Positions 9,921-22,900 of a stretch of 64,000 nt of DNA are shown here, piece after piece. The notes under the pieces are model-generated. The model did no database searches and was not told where the DNA came from. It saw only the letters and a list, made by a program, of their open reading frames with translations. The stretch lies in assembly GCA_964371215.1 (NCBI GenBank), contig CAYJKU010000001.1, forward strand, positions 63,335 to 127,334. Reading direction: 5' to 3'. The stretch's first letter is position 1. Every line of letters starts with the position of its first letter. The translations under genes and the position numbers were made by a program. Source of the DNA: an uncultured Clostridium sp. (lineage in GTDB: Bacteria; Bacillota; Clostridia; TANB77; CAG-508).

Positions 9921-10186
9921 TATAATAAATAATACATATAATTATTTAAAAAGATATTAAAGAAAAAGGATTATTAATAAATAATTTAAAAATAAAAGAA
10001 CAAAAAAAGAATTAATAAAATTATTAATTTTAAATTAAAGTTAAATATTTGAAAATATAATTATATTTTTTAAATAAAAAAGAAATAGAAAGAGAGAAAA
10101 CAAAAGTAAAAAAATAAAGAGTACAAAAGTAAAAAGTATAAAATAATAAAAGTAAAAAGAAAGTAAAAAGAAAGAAAAAACAAAAG

Positions 10187-10216
10187 ACAAAATAAAAAGC
10201 AAAGAAAATCTTTGCA
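10187..10216 (-). terminator. intrinsic terminator of the minus-strand small ORF
   Basis: On the minus strand: gcaaag-atttt-ctttgc followed by tttttatttt. Confidence 0.55.
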
Positions 10217-10217
10217 T

Positions 10218-10463
10218 TTATATATTATTTATTTTTTCAAGCTGATTTACATATGTCAAATATGTTTGTTGACCGAGTAATTCAGCATAATCATTCATCT
10301 TAGTATCTTCACAATATACATTTATATCTGTACCAGTAAGATTGATGGTAGCAGATCCTACATATTTTTTATCTGAAGTTTTATTAAATATTTTTGCTCG
10401 TATTGGTTGTAATAAGTAAATCTCATAATGATGTAAATCTAGAGGTTTTATTGAAAATTTCAT
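10218..10463 (-). CDS. hypothetical small protein (81 aa), divergent from gene 3 and lying between the two giant genes
   Basis: ORF with an aaagga RBS 6 nt before the internal ATG (MKFSIKPLDL...). It has its own terminator. I recognise no motif in it. Confidence 0.45.
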   Translation of the reverse strand: MKFSIKPLDLHHYEIYLLQPIRAKIFNKTSDKKYVGSATINLTGTDINVYCEDTKMNDYAELLGQQTYLTYVNQLEKINNI

Positions 10464-10703
10464 GGTTAATCCTTTCATATCATATTATTACACAATATTT
10501 ATATATTATACCACGATTTACATAAATATGCAAATGGTAAACTTTTTGAGAGATATACCTGAAATAAAAGTAGGAACAAAAGAAAAAATAATAGCTTAAA
10601 AAACGCCTTAAATTTAAGAAGAAGTGTTGATTCAAAAAAACACTACGCATTGGCGTTGTTTGAGCTGAAAAAAGTTGAAAAACAGTAAAAATTAATAAAA
10701 TTA

Positions 10704-10728
10704 GCCCCTTATTTTAAGGGCTTTTTTG
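10704..10728 (+). terminator. orphan intrinsic terminator-like hairpin with a T6 tail in the leader region upstream of gene 3
   Basis: agcccctt-attt-taagggct followed by tttttt. Two further stem-loops precede it (aacgcc...ggcgtt enclosing agtgtt-gattcaaaaaa-acact). There is no ORF upstream on this strand. Confidence 0.5.
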
Positions 10729-10855
10729 AGTTGTCTACATAAAATATTTTAGTAAATGTTTTAAAATTGTAATAAATAAGGAAAAAGTTAAAAAACTACA
10801 TCGGTATTTCCTGTTTCCCTAAAAAAAGTCAAAAATACAGTTTATATAACAAAAA

Positions 10856-10880
10856 TAAACAGATATTGTGTATAAAATAA
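10856..10880 (+). promoter_or_regulatory. candidate extended -10 promoter (TGtgTATAAAAT) for gene 3
   Basis: attgtgtataaaataat lies about 70 nt upstream of the aaaagggg RBS and ATG 10946. No clear -35 element. Confidence 0.3.
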
Positions 10881-10945
10881 TATATATATATACTTAAATC
10901 AACAAAAGATGAGAATGCAAAAGCTAAGTAAAAAGGGGTATATCT

Positions 10946-13900
10946 ATGAATAAATTAAAAAACGGGAAAGATAACTTTAAAATTACAAGAAAAGGATTAG
11001 CAGTTATAATCTTAATAGCTTTAATAACAGTAATTGCTGCAATATTAGGTATAAGTAAAACATATCAAAATGTTTTAGTATCAAATAAGCAATTAAATAG
11101 CATAAAAGGAAACGATGTTAATAAAGGTGCAGCACAGCTATTAGTTAATAATATAAGTGTTAAAACTACTGATGCTAAAGTAGTTACAGCCGAAAATCAT
11201 ACAGTATTACTTAAAGAAGATGGTACTGTATGGTCTTGGGGTGCAAACGAATCAGGGCAATTAGGTATGGGGCAAACAGGAACAGGGTATAACTCTATTA
11301 ATCCTATACAAGTTGTAGGTATTAATGGAGAAGGTTTTTTAACAGATGTTGTAGATATAGCTGCAAATAGACAGTATACTATAGCTTTAAAATCAGATGG
11401 TACAGTTGTAACATGGGGATTAGGTACATCAGGGCAATTAGGAAATTTTACTAATGTATCTAGTCCTTTTCCAGTTGTAGTAATAGATCAAAATCAAGAA
11501 CCTTTAACTGGGATAACACAAATTGCAGCAGGATATAATTCTGGATATGTAGTAAAAAATGATGGTACAGCATATTCATGGGGAGCAGACTCATATGGTT
11601 CACTTGGAAGTTCAAAAACAAGTACTAGAAATTATGCTATGAATGTTGAAGTAACAAATTCAGAAGGTGAAATAGTAAATTTAACAAATGTTCAAGATAT
11701 AACAGGTGGACAATATCATGGAATAGCTCTATTAAATGATGGAACAGTATGGTCATGGGGATGGAATAGATATGGAAAACTAGGTGATGGGACAAAGACA
11801 AATGCAGATATTGCAATTCAAACAAATATTACAGATGTTAAAAAAATAGTATCAGGAGAATATTTTGTAATAGCATTAAAAAATGATGGTACAATATGGA
11901 CATGGGGAAGAAATAGTTATGGACAAGTAGGACATGGAGCTGTAAGTACTAGTTCAACAGGAGGAATAGTAACACCAGGTCAACCATTAAAAACAGATGG
12001 GACTGCACTAGTTGATGTAAAAGATATAGGTGTAATTAGTGAAACAACATATGCAATTACAAATTCAGGAGAAGTATATGCATGGGGATTAAATACATCA
12101 GGACAAGTTGCAGATAAAACAGTAGCAAATAAAACAAGAGCAGTAGTAATGCAAGATAGATTTGGTAATTTAGCAGGGAATGTTACATTACCAGACTCTC
12201 CAAATGGGGAAACAGCACATATGTTAGATGGAGAAAAATTAATTGCAACAGGAAAAAATAATGCAAATCAATTACAAATACCTACTAGTGTTGCAAGTAT
12301 TAATTATATGACGATACTAGATCAATCTGAACAAGAATTAGTATTAAATAATAATCAAGAATATATAAAAATAGGTGAATCAATTCAATTAACAGCAAAA
12401 TATAATGAAACTATGAATATATATAGTACTAATTTGTTGGCTGGTAATTTGGAATATATTAGTAGTAATTCAAATATAGCAACTGTAAATAATAGTGGAC
12501 AAGTAAGAGGAGTAGGAGCTGGAGAAGTTACAATAATTTGTACAGATAAAACAAATGGAAATGAAGCAAGAATTCAGCTAAATATAATAGATAATAAAGA
12601 TGGTGTAATAACAAACTCAATGGTTGTAAGTAATCAATATGCTACAATTATGTTAAAAGAAGATGGAACAGTATTGAGTATGGGGAAAAATACAAATAAT
12701 GTATTAGGAATAGGTGCAACAGTAGCATATCAAACATATTTGCCTATTCAAGTTATTCAAGAAAATGGAGAGAAATTAACAAATGTAGTAAAAATATCTG
12801 CAGGAATTCATCATACTTTAGCATTAAAAGCAGATGGAACAGTATGGTCATGGGGATATAATAATTATGGACAATTAGGACTTGGTAATTCAACAACATA
12901 TGGAGTAGCAAAACAAGTAGTAAATGTAGACAACACAGGATATTTAACAGATATAGTAGATATATCTACATCAACATATACATCAGTAGCACTTACTAAA
13001 GAAGGAATTGGGTATAGTTGGGGATATGGCTCAGGTTATGGATTAGGTCTTACATCAGCATCTAATAGGACTTTACCAAGTCAAATAATTTCTTCAAAAG
13101 AAATAGTACAAATTGAGCTAGGTGAAAGCAAAATACACCTTCTATTAAGTGATGGAAGAATAAAATCAATGGGTACTAATACTTATGGGCAGTTAGGGAC
13201 AGGATTAGGTACTAGTACATATACATATTTTGAATATGCAGTAAATGAAGATAATACAAAATATTTAACAGATGTAGCAAGAATTTCTTCAGGGAAAATC
13301 CATACTATAGCATTAATGGAAAACCAAACTGCATATGGATGGGGATATAACAACTATTATGAATTAGGAAATGAAACTAGAACAAACCAATTATTACCGA
13401 AACAATTAACAGGTATATCTAATGAAGGAATAATGGAAAATATAAGAGAAGTTTCAGCTGCACCAAATAGTACAATAGTACTTTTAAATAATGGAACTGT
13501 ATATGCAGCAGGACTAAATACAACAGGGCAATTAGGAATAGGAACAAATTCAAATTCTCAAATGTTTACTCCAGTTGTGGAATATAAAGTTGTAGAAGAA
13601 GAAACAATAGTATCTCAAATAACAGATATAGTTAAATTAGGAGATAATAAATATTTGTCTCAAGGATATATCAAAAATGATGGAACAGTAAATATGACAG
13701 GTGAAAATGTTTCATTACAATTAGGAGATAATACAGCTTTAAATAGAAACATAACAGTTAAATCAGGAGTTGGTGTTGAAAAAATATATACACAAAGTGA
13801 AACTATTAAAATAGATATAAATGGAAAATATCAAATAGTAACAAAATATAGTGAAGGATTGAATTTAAGACTTATAGATGAAATAGTTAAAAATCCTAAT

Positions 13901-16900
13901 GAATTAACATATATATCAAAAAATGAAAGTGTAGCAACAGTGAGTGCAGCAGGTGAAATTACAGGAAAATCTAATGGTCAAACAGGAATTGAAATAATAG
14001 ATGAAACTAATAATTTAGAAACAACAGTATATGTACAAATTGGAGAGGTTCAAGAACAAGATATATTAGAAATTCAAACATCAACAAGATTTACTGTTGC
14101 CTTAAAAAATGATGGAACAGTTTGGACATGGGGACTTGGAACATATGGTGAATTAGGAAATGGTAAATTTGAAAATAGTATTGAGCCAGTTCAAGTTATA
14201 TCGCCAACAGGTCAAGGCTTCTTAACAGATATAGTAGATATAGCAATTGGAGATACATTTGTACTTGCATTAAATAAAAATGGAAATGTATATTCTTGGG
14301 GGCGTAATACATCAGGAGAATTGACTGCAGGTCCAGAAAGAAGAAGTGTACCAGGATTGGTATTACAATATGATGGAACACCATTAAATGGAGTAAAAGA
14401 AATAACAGCTAGAATAAGTAGTGCAGCAGCTGTAAAAATAGATGGAACTGTATTTGCATGGGGAGTAAATACTAGTGGTCAATTAGGGCAAGGAAATTCG
14501 ACTAATATATCATATGCAACACAAGTAAAAGATACTCAAGGGACAGGTGTTATTCAAAATATTAAATCAGCATCTATGGGAACAAGTCATTTAGTAATGT
14601 TAACAAATGAAGGAACTGTGTTTGCAGTTGGTGTTGGCTCAGCAGGGCAGTTAGGAAATGGAGTTAAAGGTAATACAACACTACCAGTACAAATGAAAGT
14701 TGATGCAACAACAGTTGTAACAGATGTAGTACAAATAGCGACAGGGAATATTGTAAGTTATGTGCTTAAAAATGATGGAACAATATTAGCAACTGGAGAT
14801 AGTAATGATGGTAAAACTGGTCAAGGAAATGAAACAGATATTATATATTTAATGCCAGTATTAAAAGCTGCAGGAGAACCACTTACAAATGTATCTGAAA
14901 TTACAGACTCATATTTTACTCAAATAGCAATAACTAAAGATAATAAAGTATACAGTTTTGGTCGTAATAATTATGGACAAGCTATTTCAACAGTTATTGC
15001 AAATAGACTATATGCAACTGAAATAACTGGTTCATATGGTGTTACAGACTATCCTAAGATAATAGAAACAAGCTCAGATAAAACAGCAAATTATACATAT
15101 TTAGTAAAAGAAGATGGATCTGTATTAGGAATGGGATTACAAGATAACTATAAATCTCAAACATCAGGAACAGGTACTCAAACAATACTAAGAGAAATAA
15201 ACCCAAGTTATATGGAAATAACAAACAGAAGAAACTACTTAAAAGTTGGAGAAAATGTAACTTTAGAAACAAATGTAGTTGAAAATTTCAACATGTTTGG
15301 AGAAGCACCAATAGTTGGAAATTTAACATGGGAAAGTTCTAATGAAGAAGTAGCAGTAGTAAATTCAAATGGAGTAGTGACAGCTATTTCTGAAGGTGAT
15401 ACAACAATAACTGTTATAGATAGTAAATATGGATATGTTGCAAGTAGTATAATACATGTAACTAAAAATATAGAAGGAAATATAACTGTGCCACAAGTAG
15501 AACAAGGTACATATTTTACTATAGCATTAAAAGCAGATGGAACTGTGTGGGCAACAGGGTATAATAATTATGGACAATTAGGTGATGGTACAACAACATT
15601 ATCACCAGATATGAAACAAGTTAAGATAAATGAAACTGAATATTTAGCAAATATAGTTAGAATAGAAGTTGCAGAATATCATGTTTTAGCATTAGACAAA
15701 AATGGAGAAGTATGGGCATGGGGAAGAAATTCTCATGGGCAATTAGGTCAAAATACAACAACAAATTCTTCATACCCTATAAAAGTTAAAAATTCAGTAG
15801 GTGATGGAAATATAACAAATGTTATAGATATTGCAGTAACAAATGAAACAAGTATATTTTTAAAAGCTGATGGAACAGTTGAAATGGTAGGAGATAATGG
15901 ACATGGGAAATTATCAACAGGGAATACAACAGCATCAAGATTGCCAATAAAAGCAACAGGAATAGATAATGTGTTAGATGTTTCAGGAAATAATGATTCT
16001 GTAATATTCTTACAAGGAACAGGAAAAGTATGGGCTGTAGGAAATAATTCAAGTGCTGAATTAGGAGACAAAACAGTAACAATTAGTTATTTACCAAGAG
16101 AAGTATCAAATAGTACAGGTGATGGTCAATTATCTGGAATTGTTCAAATAGCAACAGGATTACATCATACAGCAGCTTTAGCTAAAGATGGATCTGTATA
16201 TATTTGGGGAAGAGGAACAAATGGTCAATTAGGAAATAACCAAACAGTTGCAACAAATACAATTCCAGTTAAAGTAATTGATGGGTCAAATACATCATCA
16301 GCTATTAAAAATGTAAGTTATGTAGGAACATCACAATATACAACTAGTGTTGTAACAAAAGATGGGAAAATGTATAGTACAGGTGAAAATTCATCAAATC
16401 AACTAGGTACAGGAACAGGTGTAGATTCATTAGTATTTATTGAAGCAAAAGACACAACAAATTCTAATATATCAGACATATTATTTGTTACAAATTCTAT
16501 AGGAAATATATCTAATAATGCTGTAATTAAAGAAGATGGAACAATTTGGACAACAGGAACAAATGAGTATGGTCAATTAGGAAATGGAACATTTGAGACA
16601 AATACAGTATATGGATTAGTTGGAAAATATCAAATAGATGCAGAAAATGAGCAAACAATAAAAGAAAAAGAAACATATCAAATTACAGCAAAAAGAATAC
16701 CACCTTTTAATGTATTTAATCTGCAAGATACTAGAGAAAATAATATGACATATACATCATTAAATACAGAAATAGCAACAGTAAGTGCAACAGGGTTAGT
16801 AACAGCAGTAAGTATGGGACAAGTTAGAATAGATATATATGATCAATTAACAGAAGTAATAGAAAGCATAAATATAAAAGTTGTAGCAGAAGAAGGAGAT

Positions 16901-19900
16901 ATTGCAACACCACAAGTATTATCTACAACAAATGCAGTATTAAATCTAAAAACAGATGGTACAGTAACTTCATGGGGAAATAGTACAAATGGTATATTAG
17001 GAAATGGAACAACTTCAGGAATTCAAGCTACAGAAACAAATGTATTAGAAGTAGGAGGAGTTGGAAATTTATCTAATGTTGTACAAATAGAGGCAGCAGT
17101 AGAAACAGGTTATGCATTAAAAGCAGATGGGACAGTAGTTGGATGGGGACAAAACAATTATGGACAATTAGCAAATCATACAACATCTATTTCGACAACA
17201 CCTGTATATATATTAGATGTATCAAAAAATAAATTAACAGATATAGTTAAAATAAGTGCAACATATCAAGGAGGACTAGCTCTTAAATCAGATGGTACAG
17301 TATGGGCATGGGGATATAATAACTATAGTCAATTAGGTATAGGTAGCACAAGTCAAGTATATTATGCTATACAAGTAAAAGATTCTACAGGGAAAGCATT
17401 TTTAACAGATATAAAAGATATATCATCAGGACATGGAAGTAATTATGCAATTAAAAATAATGGAACAGTATTTGCATGGGGAAGAAATTCATATGGTGAA
17501 TTAGGAACAGGAAATACAACAGCAAGTGCACTTCCAGTAGAAACATTAAAAGGTTTAGATGTTAAAAAAATAGCTGCAAATATGCGTAGTTTGTATGTTT
17601 TAACAGAAAAAGGTGAATTATGGTCAGTTGGATATAATGGTCAAGGACAACTTGGAAATGGAACAACATCAACTTCAAGTGTATTAGTTAGGGTATTAGA
17701 TGAAAGTGGGAAAGCATTAACTAATATAGTAGATATTGGTGGACAAGAATATACTGGTTTTGCAAAAGATGCAAATGGAGTTATATATTCATGGGGTGAA
17801 AATACATCAGGACAAGCTGGACAAAACAGTTTAGTAAATGTAACAAGAGCAACACCAATTAAAGGTAAATATGGAGAATTACTTACAAATAAAATAAAAT
17901 TTTTACCAAATGGATACAATGGAAATATGCCAGCAATATTTTTAATAGGATATGATGGTTTAATATATTCAGCTGGTACAACAGCAAATTATGTTGCATT
18001 AGAAGGAAGATCATATAATAAAACAGGATTTGAAGAAATAACACCAGATTATATGCAAATAAATGAAAGAACTGTATATTTAAAAGAAACTCAAACACAA
18101 ATATTAACAACAAGTGTGGTTTCAAAGGTAAATGGTTTTGGAAAAGTTATAGAACCAGGTAAATTGACATGGAGTAGTAGTAATGGAGCAATTGCAACAG
18201 TTGATCAAAACGGTAAGGTAACAGCAATATCTGAAGGTAGAGTAAATATTAAAGTTGTAGATACAAATGGATATACAGCAAGTAGTAATATAATAGTTAC
18301 TAAAAATTCTGAAAATGTAGTAACAATACCACAAATAGGAGTAGGACTTAATTTTACAGTAATACTAAAAGCAGATGGAACAGTATGGACATCAGGAACA
18401 AACACATATGGACAATTAGGAAGTGGAAATACTTTAGAAAGAAATGTAGTAGGACAAGTAAAAATAAGTGAGAATAAAAATCTAGAAAATATAGTTAAAA
18501 TATCTGTTGGAGATAGTCATGTAATGGCATTAACAACAAATGGAGAAGTATATGTTTGGGGATATAATTCAGTAGGTCAATTAGGGCAAAACACTACAAC
18601 AAACTCTATATATGCTGTTAAAATGTTAAATGAAACAGGAACAGATGAAATTAGCAATATTATAGATATTTCAGCTACAGATGATACATCAGTATTATTA
18701 AATTCAGCTGGTAAAATATTAAGTGTTGGAAGTAACAGTTATGGAGAATTCGGAACAGGGAATACAACAGCTAGCAGATTACCAGTAATGATGACAGATA
18801 AAGAAAATATCATTCAAATATCTAGTACAGAAAGATCGTTATCATATTTAACTGGTGAAAGAGAAGTGTGGTCAATAGGATATAACAGTTATGGACAATT
18901 TGGAGATAAAACAACAACTGCAGGATACTATCCAGTACAAGCAATGGATGATGATTCTGTAGGAGTGTTATCTAATATAACTAAAATATCAACAGGGATA
19001 CATCATGTAGTTGCATTATCTGAAGATGGATATGCATATACATGGGGATATGGTTTACAAGGACAATTAGGAAACAATACTATGGTAAATAGTTCGGTGC
19101 CAACTAAAATATTAACAATTGATGGAACTAAAGCAATACAAGATATTATAGATATCGGTACATCAGAAAGAACTACTTCAGTATTAAGTACATCAGAAGG
19201 TCTATTAACAACAGGGCAAAACTCATATTATGAAATAGGAAATGGAAATAATACAAATACAAAGCTTTTAGTAAAACCACAAGTAGTTCAAGGAGCTAAT
19301 TTAGATAATATATTAACTTTATCTAATTCAAATCAATCAGCATATAATAATTCAGTGATTAAAAAAGATGGAAGTGTATATATAGTTGGAGCAAATACAT
19401 ATGGGCAAATTGGTAATGAAACATATACACTAAGTTCTAACTATACAGAAGTTGGTAATATTGGATTAGCTACAAAAAGTGCACATACAATGAAAGTAGA
19501 TTCTACATATCAGATACAAGTAGAAAGAACAGATTCATTAAATGTATATAATGATGTAATTCAAAGAAATAATAAATTAATATATTCAACATCAGATGAA
19601 GAAATAGCGACAATATCTGAAACAGGATTAGTAACAGGAAAAGCTACGGGGTTAGCTACAATTAATATTTTTGAAGAATCAACAGAAGTAACAACTCAAG
19701 TAATGATAAGGGTTGTAGAAACAGAAGGTGAAATAGCAATACCACAAATAGTTAGTTCGTCAACAGCAACATTTAGTTTAAAAGCAGATGGAACAGTAAC
19801 ATCATGGGGAACAAATTCATCAGGAGTATTAGGAAATGGTACAACAGCTGGAATTCAATATGAAGAAAAAAATGTACTAGGAGTTGGTGGAGAAGGAATT

Positions 19901-22900
19901 TTATCAGATGTAGTTCAAATCTCAGCAGCATATGATTCTGTATATGCATTAAAAGCAGATGGAACAGTAGTTTCTTGGGGGAATGATACATATGGTAAAT
20001 TAGGAGATAAAGTATCAGGTAATTCAAGTACACCAGTATATGTAGTAGATAGTAAAGGTGAAAGATTAACAAATGTTATTAAAATAGATAATACATATTA
20101 TGGAGCAATGGCATTAAAAGCAGATGGAACAGTATGGGCATGGGGATATAATGGTCAAAGTCAATTAGGACAAGGAAATAGTACAAACTATGATTATGCA
20201 GTTCAAGTTAAAGATACAACAGGAAGAGGATATTTAATTGGTATAAAAGATATAGCAGCTGGATATAGAACAGGATATGCAATAGATAATACAGATACAA
20301 TCTGGGCATGGGGATATAACAGTTATGGTGAACATGGTGTAGGAGCAACAGGTGCAACGACTTTACCAAGACAGTCAAATGTAGATTTAGATATCAAAAA
20401 AATGGTAGTAGGAACAAGTCAAGTATATATATTAACTGAGCAAGGAAGTATATATGCATGGGGAAGAAATAGTGAAGGACAATTAGGAATAGGAACTATA
20501 GCACACTCATATGTACCAGTTCAAGTATTAGGTGTAGATGGAAAACCATTAACTAATATGGTAGATATTGGAGCACAAGAATATACAGCATTTGCAAAAG
20601 ATGCAGATGGAGTTATATATTCATGGGGTGAAAATACATCAGGTCAAGCAGGGCAAAATAGTTTAGTAAATGTAACAAGAGCAACACCAATAAAAGGTCA
20701 ATATGGAGAAACATTTACAGAAGAAATTAAATATTTACCATCAGGATATATTGGTAATATGAATACACAATATTTAATAGGTGAAGATGGGACAGTATAT
20801 GCATCAGGTTATGGAGCAAGTAGAGGAATGTTGCAAACAACTTCATATAACTGGCTTGGATTTAAAGCAGTATTACCAGATTATTTACAAATAAATGAGA
20901 GAGTTTCATATATTAAAGAAGGAGAAACTAAAGAATTAACAACAAGTGTTGTTGGAAGATTAAATGCATATGGAAAACCAATTAGTATAGGAAACTTAGT
21001 TTGGAAAAGTTCTAATGAAGAAATAGCTACAGTTGATCAAAAAGGTGTAGTTACAGCAAAAACATCTGGAGAAGTTACAATAATAGCAGTAGATTCATCA
21101 AATGGAAACATTGCTTCTGCAACAATTAATGTAACAAAAAATACAAAAGGTACAGTTGCAATACCAATGACAGCAATGGGACAAGGGTATACAGCAATAT
21201 TAAAAGCAGATGGAACAGTATGGACAGTTGGAGATAATACATATGGACAATTAGGTGATGGGACAAATATTACTAAAACACAGCCAGTTCAAGTTAAAAT
21301 AAATAGTACAGAATTTTTAACAAATGTTGTTAGAATCGAAGTAGGATTTACACATACACTTGCACTTACAAAAAATGGAGAAGTATATGCATTTGGACAA
21401 AACCAATTTGGACAATTAGGGCAAGGAAATACAACAAGTTTAAATTATGCAACAAGAGTAAAAGATATTACTGGAACTAATTATTTAGAAAATATAGTAG
21501 ATATAGCAATAGCAGGAGGTTCAGCAAGTTATGTATCTTCATATGCACTTACAACAGATGGTTTTGTATATGGTTGGGGGAATAACTCATATTCTCAATT
21601 AGGAGACAAAACAACAACAAATAGATATTTACCAGTTAAAGTACAAGATGCATATAATGTTAAAGATATAGCAGGTTCATATGCAGCAATACATATGTTA
21701 AATCAAGACACAACAGTATCTGGAGTAGGATATAGTGCACATGGTCAATTAGGTTCAAATGTAACATTTAGTAACCATACTGCAGATATTCAAGATGTAA
21801 TAAATCCTACAAGAAATGGAGTTTTCAGAGGAATTGTTAAAATTGAAGGTGGAACACATCATGTTATGTATTTAACAGAAGATGAAAAAGCATATGCTGC
21901 AGGATATAATGCTTATGGTCAATTAGGTACAGGAAATACAACAAACTATATATATCCAATTCAATTAAAATCAGATATGAAGATAGTAGATATTTCTGCT
22001 TCATATCATTCAAGTATAATTAAAACAGAACAAGTAGTTGATGGAGAAAAAGTATATAAAGTATGGAATGCAGGATATAATCTTGGGGGACAATTTGGTA
22101 TAGGAAATACAACAAATAGCAGTATATTTGTTGAGTTAAAAGATAGTTCAAATCAAAATGTTAATTTAGATATAGATATGATAGGAGCATCAAAACCATC
22201 TACAAGTGGTAACTCATCATATATAGATATAAATGGTTATGTATGGACAGTTGGTGCTAACTCATATGGACAATTAGGTAATGATACTTTTAATACTAGT
22301 TATAATGTAATTAGAATAGGAAGTTTAATATTAATACCAAATGAATATACATATACAATGAATCCAAGTAATACAAAACAAATTAGCTTAACTCTTACAG
22401 ATACATTTAATGTATATAACAAAGAAACTACACTTGGAAGTATTGAATACAAAAGTTTAGATACAGATATAGCAACAGTTTCTGAAACTGGATTAGTAAC
22501 AGCAGTTACTAAAGGAAGCACAAGAATACAAATAACAGATAAAACAAATGATGTTAAAACAGTAATATTTGTAGATGTATTACCAGAAAATGAAGAAATA
22601 AAATATACAAGTATGGTTGATGGTGGTACATCACATTCGGTAGCTTTAAAATCTGATGGAACAGTATGGGCATGGGGATTAAATAGTAAAGGGCAATTAG
22701 GAAATAACACAACTATAACAACTGAAAACCCAACACAAGTAGTAGGTGTAAACATAGAAAAATTCTTAACAGATATTAAACAAATAGCTGTTGGATCAAA
22801 CCATACACTTGCATTAAAAGCTGATGGAACAGTATATTCATGGGGAGATAATACATATGGACAATTAGGAGATAATTCTAATTCTATTAAATATGCTCCA

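Noticed and set aside
9805-10217. A-rich, repeat-like intergenic stretch (aaagtaaaaag motifs); considered as a possible CRISPR array or mobile-element end
   Set aside because: There is no regular repeat-spacer periodicity and no inverted terminal repeats. It looks like simple A-rich low-complexity intergenic DNA that contains the terminators of the flanking genes.
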